Shown: positions 1-10,520 of the stretch, piece by piece
Position numbering within the stretch: position 1 is the first letter of the stretch
Layout: each line of letters starts with the position of its first letter
Assembly: GCA_001600815.1 (NCBI GenBank)
Contig: BCKZ01000001.1
Coordinates: 1,645,389-1,709,388 of the forward strand
Direction of reading: 5' to 3'
Source of the DNA: Alloascoidea hylecoeti
Lineage: Eukaryota
DNA: 64,000 nt
Program-made: the position numbers and the translations under genes
The notes under the pieces: model-generated
Told to the model about the DNA's origin: nothing
The model's database searches: none
What the model saw: the letters and a program-made list of their open reading frames with translations, nothing else

Positions 1-1
1 G

Positions 2-829
2 GATTGCAGCATAAACCTTTCCAAATCCTCAATTATTAACTCATTCAAAAAGCATTATATTAAAGAAATACTGGTATCCAATAATACAGAATATACAAAT
101 ATAAACCAAGCGATTAAGATTTTTGATATATCACAAAGTGAAGATGCAGAGAATCAACTCTCAATGACAATCTCCAAGAAAGATTTCAAATCTATGAAAA
201 TTGTTGGACAATTCAACCTTGGTTTCATTCTTGCAACTAAAAGAAGTGAAAAATCTCTTATAGCTAATCAAGGAATACATGATGATAAGAAGATGGACTT
301 GTTTATTATTGATCAACATGCCTCTGATGAAATCTACAACTTTGAAAGACTCCAACGGGAGACTACATTTCGAAATCAACCTTTAGTTATTCCCAAGATA
401 CTTGAATTGAGTCCTGCTGATGAGCTTATTATCACCTCTAATATAGATGTATTTCTTAGAAATGGGTTTCGATTGAAGATTCATGAGTCAAACCCACCAG
501 GCTCAAAAGTAGAATTAAAGACAATCCCTTTCTCAAAAAATGTGATATTTGATGAGAGAGATTTATATGAATTGATTCATTTGATTTCCGAAAGTCATGG
601 ATCAACATATTCGATTCGGTGTTCCAAAGTTCGAAAGATGTTTGCTTCAAGAGCATGTCGGAGTAGTATTATGATAGGAAAACATTTAAATAAAACTAAA
701 ATGGAAACTGTTGTTGGTCATTTAGGGGAGCTAGAAAAACCTTGGAATTGTCCACATGGAAGGCCTACAATGAGACATTTAATGGAATTTAGTAAATGGA
801 ATGAGTTTACAAAGGATACATTGCCATGA
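2..829 (+). CDS. PMS1: MutL-family mismatch repair endonuclease Pms1, C-terminal part (gene starts before the window)
   Basis: Frame is open from base 2. Motifs GQFNLGFI, DQHASDE(x)4E endonuclease motif, ACR and CPHGRP are diagnostic of Pms1/PMS2. Confidence 0.95.
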   Translation, partial: DCSINLSKSSIINSFKKHYIKEILVSNNTEYTNINQAIKIFDISQSEDAENQLSMTISKKDFKSMKIVGQFNLGFILATKRSEKSLIANQGIHDDKKMDLFIIDQHASDEIYNFERLQRETTFRNQPLVIPKILELSPADELIITSNIDVFLRNGFRLKIHESNPPGSKVELKTIPFSKNVIFDERDLYELIHLISESHGSTYSIRCSKVRKMFASRACRSSIMIGKHLNKTKMETVVGHLGELEKPWNCPHGRPTMRHLMEFSKWNEFTKDTLP

Positions 830-881
830 TGATTTATATAAATACATATATTAAGGAGGTTTTAATCACTATTTTATCATG

Positions 882-1976
882 TCAAGCACAAACACCAACA
901 CCTAAACCTCTAGTCCAATTATATGATCCCAAAGTAACAAGCACCATAATAAACGAAGTAATAATGGAAATAATAAAATACCTATATGCATATCTTAATT
1001 TCAATGTTGTTAATTCAACAACGAAAGTACTGATTGTAGATAAACCACCACAAAATCCATCACCCAAAGCACCCAAAACTTGGCAAGTGATTACATTAGT
1101 TACAAGTAGTGTTGATGACTTAGAGGCGGTTTTACCACGTTGTAATAAAATGAAAATGGCGAGTAATAAAGACGCCAAAACGTTAACAAAAAAGGTCCCC
1201 AGGGGAAATCCATGTATCTTTTTATTCCAATACTTTGAGACATAATATCTAATGAAAACGCCGAATGGATCCAACAAAGCTGATATTGTCCATTCTCTCC
1301 AACTGTGGATGCATACAGATAGAGCCAACAAGGCAACAGTAGAAAGAATACTTGAAATGATTAATATCATCTCTAACGGTCGGTAAATCTGTTTTAACGA
1401 AGGTAGAGATGGATCTATGCCTCGCATTAAATGTTTCCCCAACATCAAGCCAATTAAGGAAAGAGACATATGAGCAGCTAATGTAGCAATCCAATCCATA
1501 ATTCCATAGGCTCCATTTGGAAAGTTAAAGGGTTTGTTACTATTGTCAATGTTGGCAGCATATAGGAATGCCTCAGTCATCATGGAAGAAAATGTAGTTA
1601 TACTACCACAGAGCCCAGTTGTTAATCCCACATAAATAGGAATATCACTATTTGTATTGAATATTTGCTTCAAAAATAAAGAGCTTTTCTTGGGGACCGT
1701 TGATTCAATAGGTTTAGTATCTTGAAGCAGCTCCTTGAACAGAGAAGTATTCTGTATTAGTAGTCCCATTATAAAACTCCCTGTGAAGTTTGCCCAAATA
1801 ACGCCTTTTAAATAGGCCCCATCATATGTTGTTAACACGGTTAAACCTTTCCTAGCTAAAAGACCGACAATTCCAAAGAAGTTTAATGTCAACAATAACT
1901 TTATCTCTTTAACAACCCGATTGTTTTTGGAATGAGGGGGGTTGTTTGAACCTTCTTGGCTATTGTTATTAATCAT
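882..1976 (-). CDS. FEX1: Fluoride exporter (tandem CrcB/Fluc domains)
   Basis: Two Fluc-like halves with GLTTGLCGSITTFSS and GFCGGLSTISTF; also FPLGTFFVN and many TM helices. Confidence 0.92.
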   Translation of the reverse strand: MINNNSQEGSNNPPHSKNNRVVKEIKLLLTLNFFGIVGLLARKGLTVLTTYDGAYLKGVIWANFTGSFIMGLLIQNTSLFKELLQDTKPIESTVPKKSSLFLKQIFNTNSDIPIYVGLTTGLCGSITTFSSMMTEAFLYAANIDNSNKPFNFPNGAYGIMDWIATLAAHMSLSLIGLMLGKHLMRGIDPSLPSLKQIYRPLEMILIISSILSTVALLALSVCIHSWREWTISALLDPFGVFIRYYVSKYWNKKIHGFPLGTFFVNVLASLLLAIFILLQRGKTASKSSTLLVTNVITCQVLGALGDGFCGGLSTISTFVVELTTLKLRYAYRYFIISIITSFIMVLVTLGSYNWTRGLGVGVCA

Positions 1977-2797
1977 AGTGTAATTATAAATTATATGCTT
2001 ATGTATGTGTCATTATTCCTTAGTAGACAATCTATCCCATGAACTTTGATCGTTTGTGCTGGATATATACCGTTACTATTAGTATGGGTATAAGGAATTC
2101 AACTAATCAATATTTTTATTGTATTATGAATCATAAGTGAAGTGGTGTGGTATGTTATAATTACCCTACCATTGTGCATCATAACATAATAACTTACATT
2201 CCAAGTTGTGTGTGTCCCACTCAAAATGAACAACATTTTGGAAAATCAAAATATTTTCAACTCATCTCGCGCAAAATGTGACCATACCACCGAAATCACT
2301 TCAGTTAAATATTTAAAAAGACAAAAGGTAGATAAAAGGCAAATATAAATCTTGTAGGTTCAAATTAATTTTTCCACTTCTTCGTCAGATTATTTGTCTC
2401 TATTTCTTAACTATGTATAGACCTCCAGATTTCCATTCAACCATAGTGGTTGGTCTTGCTCATCCACACAAACTTACTTTATCTAGATGACTGCATACAT
2501 ATGCATACAAGGATATTTCCTCATGGCGTAGCATGTACCTGTTGCATTCATTTTTTTCAGGAAGGAAAGTTTCGCGAAAGAAAAAATTGTTTCATTTTGA
2601 GTGAGACTCACCATATCTCTTATGGATCTATAAAAGAGCTACTAGCGAATTAATTATCTATAATTAACACACTTATAAATCTAACTTATAATTAAGGATT
2701 TCAACGGTATATATTCATGAATTAAAAACTTCATTATCATGAGTATAATCACTATTATTTGTCAACTGTAATTGGTGATTTGAAATATTTATCAATA

Positions 2798-5700
2798 TTA
2801 TTCCATTTTAATTATCAACGGAACTGGATTTTTCACCTTCCTTACTTTTAGAATCTCCACATTAGGTGCCATTCTAACTTTCCCTCCACTAGAAATGATA
2901 CTTTCAACTTCAATGCTTGGCATATTGGGCTCAGGTCCATCTTCAAAATCTTCCAAGTTAACCTCAATACCCAGAATAACCATTAAGATTAAAATACACG
3001 CTGACTTTGAAAGCACCAGGTTATTCTCTTTACAACCAGGATATGCAATACATTTTGGGCATCCATATTTACACTTACAACTTAAAATACATTGCAAACT
3101 CATTAGAAGCAAGGAATCAATGTGATGAAATGCCTTTGCACAAAATCCACATCCATATTCCCCTCCTTTACCATCATAGAATATCAATCTTGCTGGTCTT
3201 TTTCGTGCTGTTTCCTTTTTAGTGAACTCTTTTTCGGGTGCTTTACATTCTGTTCCAATGTCGCTAGGTAAACTAGAGATAACAATTTTCGGGAAAAAGC
3301 TAATTAATAAATGTTGTGCAGCATGAATACCACCAGCTATGCTCAACTTCTTCGCTTTAATATATTCAAGAGCCAGATCGGGTATATCTATCCAAAACCC
3401 CTTTGATTTGATAAATATCGGAGGATTCTTGACCTCAACAACGTCGATAATGTTTCCCTTGTTGTCACATTTAAAATATCCAAATACAATTATTGTAGTT
3501 TGAATCTCACCAAGATTAACAAAAACTTTGTGATATTCATTCATTTCTGTAACAGACTTATTTATTTTTTCATATTTTGATTCATTCACCAACTCTCTAT
3601 AGGCCAGTACAATCATTGGATCGACATCGGTGAAATCGCGTTGCTTTGTTATCCAATTAACATCAACTTTCTCTACTTTAGCAAACTTTTCATCTGGATT
3701 AAATTCTTTAACAAGATAGCTCAACCCCTGATGTAAGAAAATTCCACCTTCGTATAATGTGAAACTTGTTCTTGACGTTTCAATGGTTTCGATAACAATA
3801 TCTCCACCATTTGTAACATCAACTACAGCAAATTCATCTTCTTGGATGTTTCTTATATTTAGATGTGATGATGGCCAAGGTAAGTAACGATTATGACACG
3901 TATAGTATGGATCATTTACTGAACCACATAACTTTGTTGCTTCTTTATCGATAATTAATTGATTGAATAATATCTCTTGTATTTCTAGTTTCAATTTATC
4001 ACCATAATTACTCTCATCCTCCCCCTCCTCATCATACTGTTTTGTATCTATAAACCAGTTAATATCCCCCTTTAAATTGAAAGGATATTCAAATGCAGCA
4101 CATTGTATATGTCCCTCCAAAATCAATCTATTCCTAAAATCGATGACAAGATTTTCCTCACCAGTTGCATTTTTATTGATCAATTCAGTTGGGTGTGTCA
4201 TATAAAATTGATCAACGGGATCATCACTACCTACTATGATAGTCAAAGAATCTTCATTTCTCCTACCAGCTCTGCCACTCTGTTGTCTGAAACTTGATTT
4301 TGAATAAGGAAACCCACAAATTAAAACCGCGTCCAATGATCCAATGTCTACACCTAACTCTAAAGCATTTGTAGCAACTATTCCCATGAGTTTACCATGA
4401 AACATTTGGGATTCAATTTCTCGTCTATCTGATGCCGAATAACCACCTCTATATCCCATAACTAATTTCAATAATTCAATATTGTTACTTTTCTCTAATT
4501 GATATCTAACATTTTTTAATATCAATTCACAAGTTTTCCTAACCTTACAAAAAACAATGGTTTTAATACCTGATGATATTAGTTTAACAAATAATTTGCC
4601 GGTTTCACTTATGAATCCACCACCCGCTCCATGTAATATAGGAGACGTCTTTAAAGGCAGGATCATACTGCCATTTCCCAATTGCGAAGATATCTGTTGA
4701 TTCGTATTAACATCATGGTATTGTATTTTTGTTTGAGGGTCCCATACAACAATATTCTTTGCTCCAGTTGGAGATCCATCCTGTTCTTCATCAACAAGAA
4801 CAATATCATCCATTTGTATTCCAAATAACGATCCCATATGTAAAACGGCATTATTAATAGTGGCAGAACATGAAATGAAAATTATATCTTCATTTCCTAA
4901 TATCCAACATAATCTTCTTAACCTTCTCATGATTAACGATACATGAGATCCAAATAATCCGTTATATAAATGTAATTCATCAACAACGATGAATTTTAAA
5001 TTCCTTAAAAACCAACGCCATTTAGAATTATTTGGTAAAATACTTGCATGTATCATATCTGGATTTGAGAATATAACATTAGAATTTTCTGCAATAAATT
5101 TCCTTTTATCATGAGGTGTATCACCATCATATGTTTCAACGATGATTTTATTAAGGGATGATGATAAGTTTGAATTTGAAGATATCAATTCTGTTAATGA
5201 TCGCTTTTGATCCTGTGCTAAAGCCTTTGTTGGGAAAATATATAATGCTGTATTATTTTGTGATTTTTCTAAAGCTTCTAATACAGGAACTTGATATATT
5301 AATGATTTACCTGACGATGTTGAAGTTGTAATAATCACATTTTTCTTCTTATTTACCGCGTCTATCGCTTTCCATTGATGATTATAAAAATTAGTGATCC
5401 CACAACAATCATGTAAAGACTCTCTAATTGTCGATGATAATTTAGTGTTGAAATAATCTGAGTCTGCATATCTTGCTTCACGCTTTGGAATTTTAAAGGA
5501 TCCGTTTTTGACAATTTGATTATGATAGAAGGTTGAATCTTGTTTTAGACTCGTCAAAAATTCAGTTATTATTGGCTTCTTATACTCATATGTATCCATT
5601 AATTCATTATTTTTATTAGCAGAAATAATAGCTTGTATTGGGTCAGAATCATCAGGCTCATGCGGAATGAAAACTTGTGCCATTTTATCTAACTCATCCC

Positions 5701-6403
5701 AACATTCCTCAATTTTTAATTTTTTAACATCAACACAATCCCTCAAGAACTTTTCAACACATGAATCAAAATTATCGTTTTGAGTATTAATGACGTTCAT
5801 AATATTTTCAATTTTAAATGTAGGATTTTGTAAAGTATTTGTACCCATTAAATTCTGAAAGTTTTGTGCTTTTAATTTTTTAGAATTTTTAGATGGTTTT
5901 AAAACATTATTTGGGAACCATAATATCAAAATATATTTCATATTATCCGAGTCTTTATAGATATCTATTTCATTGGCCGATTGGTATTCATCCCTAGGTC
6001 GATTGTGATTATTTGATCTAGTCAGTCCAATGTAATCAACCTCGCTTTCATGGACATAATGAAATAGTAAATCATTTTTTAATAAGGCCTTTATTCTAGA
6101 GACGTCAATGATTTCTACCGAGGAAGTGGATTTACAGCTGGAACTTGTTTTCATATCGGCATCCGAATTACCTCCTTCGATTGATTTCTTGACCATACTA
6201 AAACTGGGAACAACATATTTTCTTGATTGTAAAAAAGTTGAGATCGTATTTATTTGGTAATGAAGTTTTGAAAGTTGTTGAAACTCCAGAGGCCATTTAG
6301 ATTTATCAACATTAACGTTTGAAGCTACAACAGATGAAGCCTTTCTTTTCCGTTTTTGAGAGCCATGTCCAGTACTAATATCAATATTACTTTTAGGAGG
6401 CAT
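2798..6403 (-). CDS. HRQ1: RecQ4-like DEAH helicase Hrq1
   Basis: TSTSSGKS, DELH, SAT, ATNALELGVDIG, QQSGRAGRR; C-terminal Cys cluster CKCKYGCPKC (DUF1998-like). Confidence 0.93.
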   Translation of the reverse strand: MPPKSNIDISTGHGSQKRKRKASSVVASNVNVDKSKWPLEFQQLSKLHYQINTISTFLQSRKYVVPSFSMVKKSIEGGNSDADMKTSSSCKSTSSVEIIDVSRIKALLKNDLLFHYVHESEVDYIGLTRSNNHNRPRDEYQSANEIDIYKDSDNMKYILILWFPNNVLKPSKNSKKLKAQNFQNLMGTNTLQNPTFKIENIMNVINTQNDNFDSCVEKFLRDCVDVKKLKIEECWDELDKMAQVFIPHEPDDSDPIQAIISANKNNELMDTYEYKKPIITEFLTSLKQDSTFYHNQIVKNGSFKIPKREARYADSDYFNTKLSSTIRESLHDCCGITNFYNHQWKAIDAVNKKKNVIITTSTSSGKSLIYQVPVLEALEKSQNNTALYIFPTKALAQDQKRSLTELISSNSNLSSSLNKIIVETYDGDTPHDKRKFIAENSNVIFSNPDMIHASILPNNSKWRWFLRNLKFIVVDELHLYNGLFGSHVSLIMRRLRRLCWILGNEDIIFISCSATINNAVLHMGSLFGIQMDDIVLVDEEQDGSPTGAKNIVVWDPQTKIQYHDVNTNQQISSQLGNGSMILPLKTSPILHGAGGGFISETGKLFVKLISSGIKTIVFCKVRKTCELILKNVRYQLEKSNNIELLKLVMGYRGGYSASDRREIESQMFHGKLMGIVATNALELGVDIGSLDAVLICGFPYSKSSFRQQSGRAGRRNEDSLTIIVGSDDPVDQFYMTHPTELINKNATGEENLVIDFRNRLILEGHIQCAAFEYPFNLKGDINWFIDTKQYDEEGEDESNYGDKLKLEIQEILFNQLIIDKEATKLCGSVNDPYYTCHNRYLPWPSSHLNIRNIQEDEFAVVDVTNGGDIVIETIETSRTSFTLYEGGIFLHQGLSYLVKEFNPDEKFAKVEKVDVNWITKQRDFTDVDPMIVLAYRELVNESKYEKINKSVTEMNEYHKVFVNLGEIQTTIIVFGYFKCDNKGNIIDVVEVKNPPIFIKSKGFWIDIPDLALEYIKAKKLSIAGGIHAAQHLLISFFPKIVISSLPSDIGTECKAPEKEFTKKETARKRPARLIFYDGKGGEYGCGFCAKAFHHIDSLLLMSLQCILSCKCKYGCPKCIAYPGCKENNLVLSKSACILILMVILGIEVNLEDFEDGPEPNMPSIEVESIISSGGKVRMAPNVEILKVRKVKNPVPLIIKME

Positions 6404-6492
6404 ATATTTAAGAAAACTTACAATTATTAATAATTTATTTAAGATCTAATATAATCCCGGAACTTATGACTGTTTCTTACGTAACGTAACAT

Positions 6493-7905
6493 TTACTCCC
6501 AATAAAATTTCAAATAGTCTGGAGCATCATCAACAACATTACACTTTTCTCTAAATCCTCTTAAATTATCACCCGCAACACCTTCAACATAATCCACATA
6601 TTCATCCAAGGGACAAGAAAATCCAGGTCCCGAATGACATTTTGGTATAGGGACCACAGCTTCATTCAATACAAATCTAACAAATTTCCCTCGCTCTTTA
6701 CAGTCCAATCTTTCCGTCTCTAAATGTGCCGCCATAGGAGATATCTCACTACTTTTAAATGGATTGTCAAAATACAAATGATCAGTAGGAAGATCAAAGT
6801 CCGGTTGAAATAAACCCAAAGTAGAAATCAATGCTATAATATCCGTATCATGTGTAAATGAAAATATCAAGTTTCCAGATATTTCAGGCCCTGTTTTCAA
6901 TAAAGTAGCTGTTGCATTGGCAGCAATTGACCCACAAACTTTACCTAGTTTATGACCTGGACCAAATCCATAATAATGGAAAATATCTCTATAGTAGGCA
7001 TAGTTTAACCAATTATCTTTACTTATGATATTACACCATTCAGATGAACCTCTTGAATTTAATTCATAATCACATAAACCAAAAATATTATAAACATCTG
7101 ACTTTGTTAAATTCAAACCTGGAGTTTCATTATTTAGTAATATTGATAAGTCTTCAAGATAATCTGAAGGGTATTGTGATAACCGTACTTTATTATCATT
7201 AAAATCAAAATTTTGGCATGTAACAAACGGTGTTAACGTATTTAGCCCCTGATTTGCGTCCTCTGGTATGATTTTTAAATCTACGACATTATCATAATCT
7301 TGTTTAAAAAACCCTCGAGCAAATGCCTTCGCTGTGTCAATTAATCTTTGTTGACCAGCAATAAAGATAGAATATTTACTCCCATTATTGTTATATAAAC
7401 GATTATAACGTTTTCTTAATGCAACACCACGAACAAAAGCACTATGGCTACCAGCGTATGGACCAGTAGTACTTAACATTTCATATGATGAATTATCGGG
7501 AACCCAGTATTCCCACTTTTTCAAGAAACTCAAGTGACCATGATACCCCGTAAAATCGTTAGGAGATATAGGATTGTTAAATTTTTCTAGGGTTTTTTCA
7601 AAACTGGCACCTACGCCCGTAGTAGGGTACCTTTCACCATGTCTCATGAAAACATGAGCCTGGTCAATAGTGCACCCTTGCGGAGTTGCAGAATCTATAC
7701 CGAAGCCAGATAAAGGGACATACGGACCGGTGCAGGCGGAGAAACGCAAGGGGTTTTCTTTATCAGAGGCATCTTGTGGATATTGTCGATGATATCGAAG
7801 TCGTTGACTAGACTGATTATTGAAATGAAAATGTGTTATTATAAAAGGCAAAAGAATAAATCCAATGAGTACCAATACAACTTTATGCCGAAGGAGTTGA
7901 ATCAT
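6493..7905 (-). CDS. Histidine acid phosphatase/phytase (PHO5/PHO3 family) with N-terminal hydrophobic signal/anchor
   Basis: RHGERYP active site, HD motif (FTHDTD), C-terminal RFVLNEAVVP and CHSGPGFSCPL. Confidence 0.92.
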   Translation of the reverse strand: MIQLLRHKVVLVLIGFILLPFIITHFHFNNQSSQRLRYHRQYPQDASDKENPLRFSACTGPYVPLSGFGIDSATPQGCTIDQAHVFMRHGERYPTTGVGASFEKTLEKFNNPISPNDFTGYHGHLSFLKKWEYWVPDNSSYEMLSTTGPYAGSHSAFVRGVALRKRYNRLYNNNGSKYSIFIAGQQRLIDTAKAFARGFFKQDYDNVVDLKIIPEDANQGLNTLTPFVTCQNFDFNDNKVRLSQYPSDYLEDLSILLNNETPGLNLTKSDVYNIFGLCDYELNSRGSSEWCNIISKDNWLNYAYYRDIFHYYGFGPGHKLGKVCGSIAANATATLLKTGPEISGNLIFSFTHDTDIIALISTLGLFQPDFDLPTDHLYFDNPFKSSEISPMAAHLETERLDCKERGKFVRFVLNEAVVPIPKCHSGPGFSCPLDEYVDYVEGVAGDNLRGFREKCNVVDDAPDYLKFYWE

Positions 7906-8923
7906 GTTATGATAAAGTATTGAAGTAAGTAGATAGTACTACTAATTATATAATCAGGTGATTAAGTTATAAGCTGTTATAATTAAAGTGAAAAAAGTGT
8001 GCGTAATAAAATACCAAGGAATTTAAAGGTCCATTAGGTAAAAGAAATCAAACATCAAAGACACACTTTTCAAAAGTTTCTAAATATTCGAAGAATGAAT
8101 AAAAAATATAAGCCACCGAATAATCTATATTATGACTTTCGAACGAAATCGTAATCCTCCTCCTATAGCTGGGAAATTGCCGAGCTTATTGGCGAACAAC
8201 TTTTCAATAGAAAGCAAATTTTAAAAGGATACTAGATGAAACTTGTAGAACATAAAAAAGAGATACCAAGAAGAATAAAGACGTCAATAGAATAAATAAA
8301 TGTGAATACTGATATAGTGGGAAAAGTAGCAAAGATTCACATATATTGGGAGAATGCACGAATTGCTTTTATTCATACCTGACGATTACATCTAGTAATC
8401 TTGTAAAGAAAAAGATCTAAGAGAAAAAAATCAAACCCGTATGTACGAGCTAGATTCAAAAGGAAAAAGAAATAGTTCATAATATAAGCTTATAGGTTAA
8501 TTTATAATTAGACATAATTAAAACACTGGATCTAGACAATTGACACAAAATATATACACTTTCCGGATCCATTGACAGTATTGCAAAGCTAGCTCTTGCT
8601 AATTATAGACAAATTACTTTATATCAATATATTATTATAGTCCTATATGTATAATGATAATGATAATATATATATGTATTTTCTATAAATATAAATTTGT
8701 GTAAGAGTAAAATCCTTAACTAAGAAAAGCATAACCGCCGTAAAATGAAAGTAAAAAAATTTAAATAAAGAATGAAAAAAATTGATCTAGAAATTTAAAT
8801 ATGATAATAAAATAAAATAGTACAGATTTATAGACTCATTAATATTAAATGCTTATTCATCAAAAATAGATATATCCTAAAATTATAGAAAGTTCCAGTT
8901 ACAACAAAAATAAAATAAAATAC

Positions 8924-10396
8924 TCATTTCTTTAATCTTTCACCAGATTTCCAACCTTCAAAATCAATAAGGGCTTGCATACAGCCCCATTCAGTAATTT
9001 TATTTTGTAGCCAATCTAAATTGACAGGTTTTGTTAAAAAATCATTACAACCAGCAGCAAGAGCTTCTTGACGATCAGAAGCTAAAGTATTTGCAGTTAA
9101 AGCAACAATAATAACAGGAGACCTAAATAAATGAATATTTTGTAAAGTATCTTGATGTGTTGCCAATGCTCCATTACCATTACTGTTACCATTGGAATTA
9201 TTATTATTATTATATTTTAAATTTGCAAAAGAGGTATTATTTCTATAAATACCAATCCTATTAAATTTTTCCAATTTCCTAATTTCTTTTGTTGCATCAA
9301 TACCAGAAATTTTAGGTAAATGAATATCCATTAGAACCAAATGAATACCACCTTGTTTCCATTTTTCAATTGCTTCTTCTCCAGATTTAGCCATTTGATA
9401 ATGAATTTTTCGTTTTCGTAAAAAAGCTGCTAATATAGCTTGATTAATTATATTATCTTCTACTACTAAGATATTAATGTTTGGTAAGACCTGTTCAGTT
9501 GTTGTTGGACGACGTAAATTATTGAGTGGTAAAGCACTTGAAATTGGATTTAATGATAAAGCAGGTTGTTTTTTGGTTTCTATAGGTATTTGAGAAACAA
9601 GGGATTTAATTGGAGGTTTCTGTAAATTTACAACGGGACCTGTATTTTTATTTGATTGTGAAGAATTAGTTATAATATTTTGAGTTTGAATTAAAGTTGT
9701 ATCATTTTCAGAAGTTGTGTTTATATTTGATGTTAGGGTCTTTATTGAATTTGCCGAGTTATCGGATATTACGGATGTAGCGGACGTAGGCGTAATTGGC
9801 GATTTCTGAGGAGGAATTATAGTGCCCGGGGAGTCCGGGTAATCTTTCAGGGAAGGTGTTGTTATTTGCGGAGGTAATTTCTGGGAAGGGATATCGTAAT
9901 TGCGAGGCAGAAGCAGCATCGCATACGAGTCGAGTGGCTTCGACTGTTCCTGATTTAGGACAGGCACCGATTTTGTTCTGCCGTGGAAGTGGGGCACCGC
10001 AGGCACACTGAGGTTGAGCCCCCCCTCAGACACCCCCTCGGGCACAACTGGAACCTCCCTTGACACCGCAGGTACCGGAGGTACAGTAGTACCCTTGGAT
10101 GCACCCCCGCGTGTTTCGATGAGTAAAGCCTCGGCACTGGGCATGCCTCCGGGGAAGTGTGTGTCCAGGAAGGCCATTAGCGGAAGGTCTGCCTCCAGCA
10201 GCTGGGACCGGAAGGAAAAAGATAGATCGGGGGTGTCGAACTCAGCAGCGAGGGAGTGGGGGTACTTGGCGAGGGCCTTCGACTTGAGGTCGTCCACAAT
10301 GTCATCGGATCCGACCATCAGAGACGTGGGGGTGTTCTGCGACGTGCGCACCCACACTCGTGCACGTGAACGGGATGTTGTTAACGTTTTGTGCAT
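8924..10396 (-). CDS. SSK1: HOG-pathway response regulator Ssk1
   Basis: Receiver domain VEDNIIN...LMDIHLP...IVALTA...GCNDFLTKPV, ending in KITEWGCMQALIDF; N-terminal RVWVR...DDIVDDLK block. Confidence 0.93.
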   Translation of the reverse strand: MHKTLTTSRSRARVWVRTSQNTPTSLMVGSDDIVDDLKSKALAKYPHSLAAEFDTPDLSFSFRSQLLEADLPLMAFLDTHFPGGMPSAEALLIETRGGASKGTTVPPVPAVSREVPVVPEGVSEGGLNLSVPAVPHFHGRTKSVPVLNQEQSKPLDSYAMLLLPRNYDIPSQKLPPQITTPSLKDYPDSPGTIIPPQKSPITPTSATSVISDNSANSIKTLTSNINTTSENDTTLIQTQNIITNSSQSNKNTGPVVNLQKPPIKSLVSQIPIETKKQPALSLNPISSALPLNNLRRPTTTEQVLPNINILVVEDNIINQAILAAFLRKRKIHYQMAKSGEEAIEKWKQGGIHLVLMDIHLPKISGIDATKEIRKLEKFNRIGIYRNNTSFANLKYNNNNNSNGNSNGNGALATHQDTLQNIHLFRSPVIIVALTANTLASDRQEALAAGCNDFLTKPVNLDWLQNKITEWGCMQALIDFEGWKSGERLKK

Positions 10397-10520
10397 TTCT
10401 ACCTGTTTGCGTGTTGCTGGTATTAATATTTAATATTTGGTGGTGTGTCCTGCAAATACACCCATACACTCTCGCTCTTCTGAAAATTTATGGTACAAAT
10501 CAATTGCAACGATAAAATAC

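Noticed and set aside
2250..2660. PAC-like CTCATCTC, palindrome TTTCGCGAAA and a possible snoRNA between FEX1 and HRQ1
   Set aside because: No snR30 m1/m2 motifs or clear C/D or H/ACA architecture; the 67-aa ORF starts at TTG.
10014..10433. 139-aa ORF antisense to SSK1, and the overlapping ORFs at 15017-15479
   Set aside because: By-products of local high GC content opposite or overlapping real genes.
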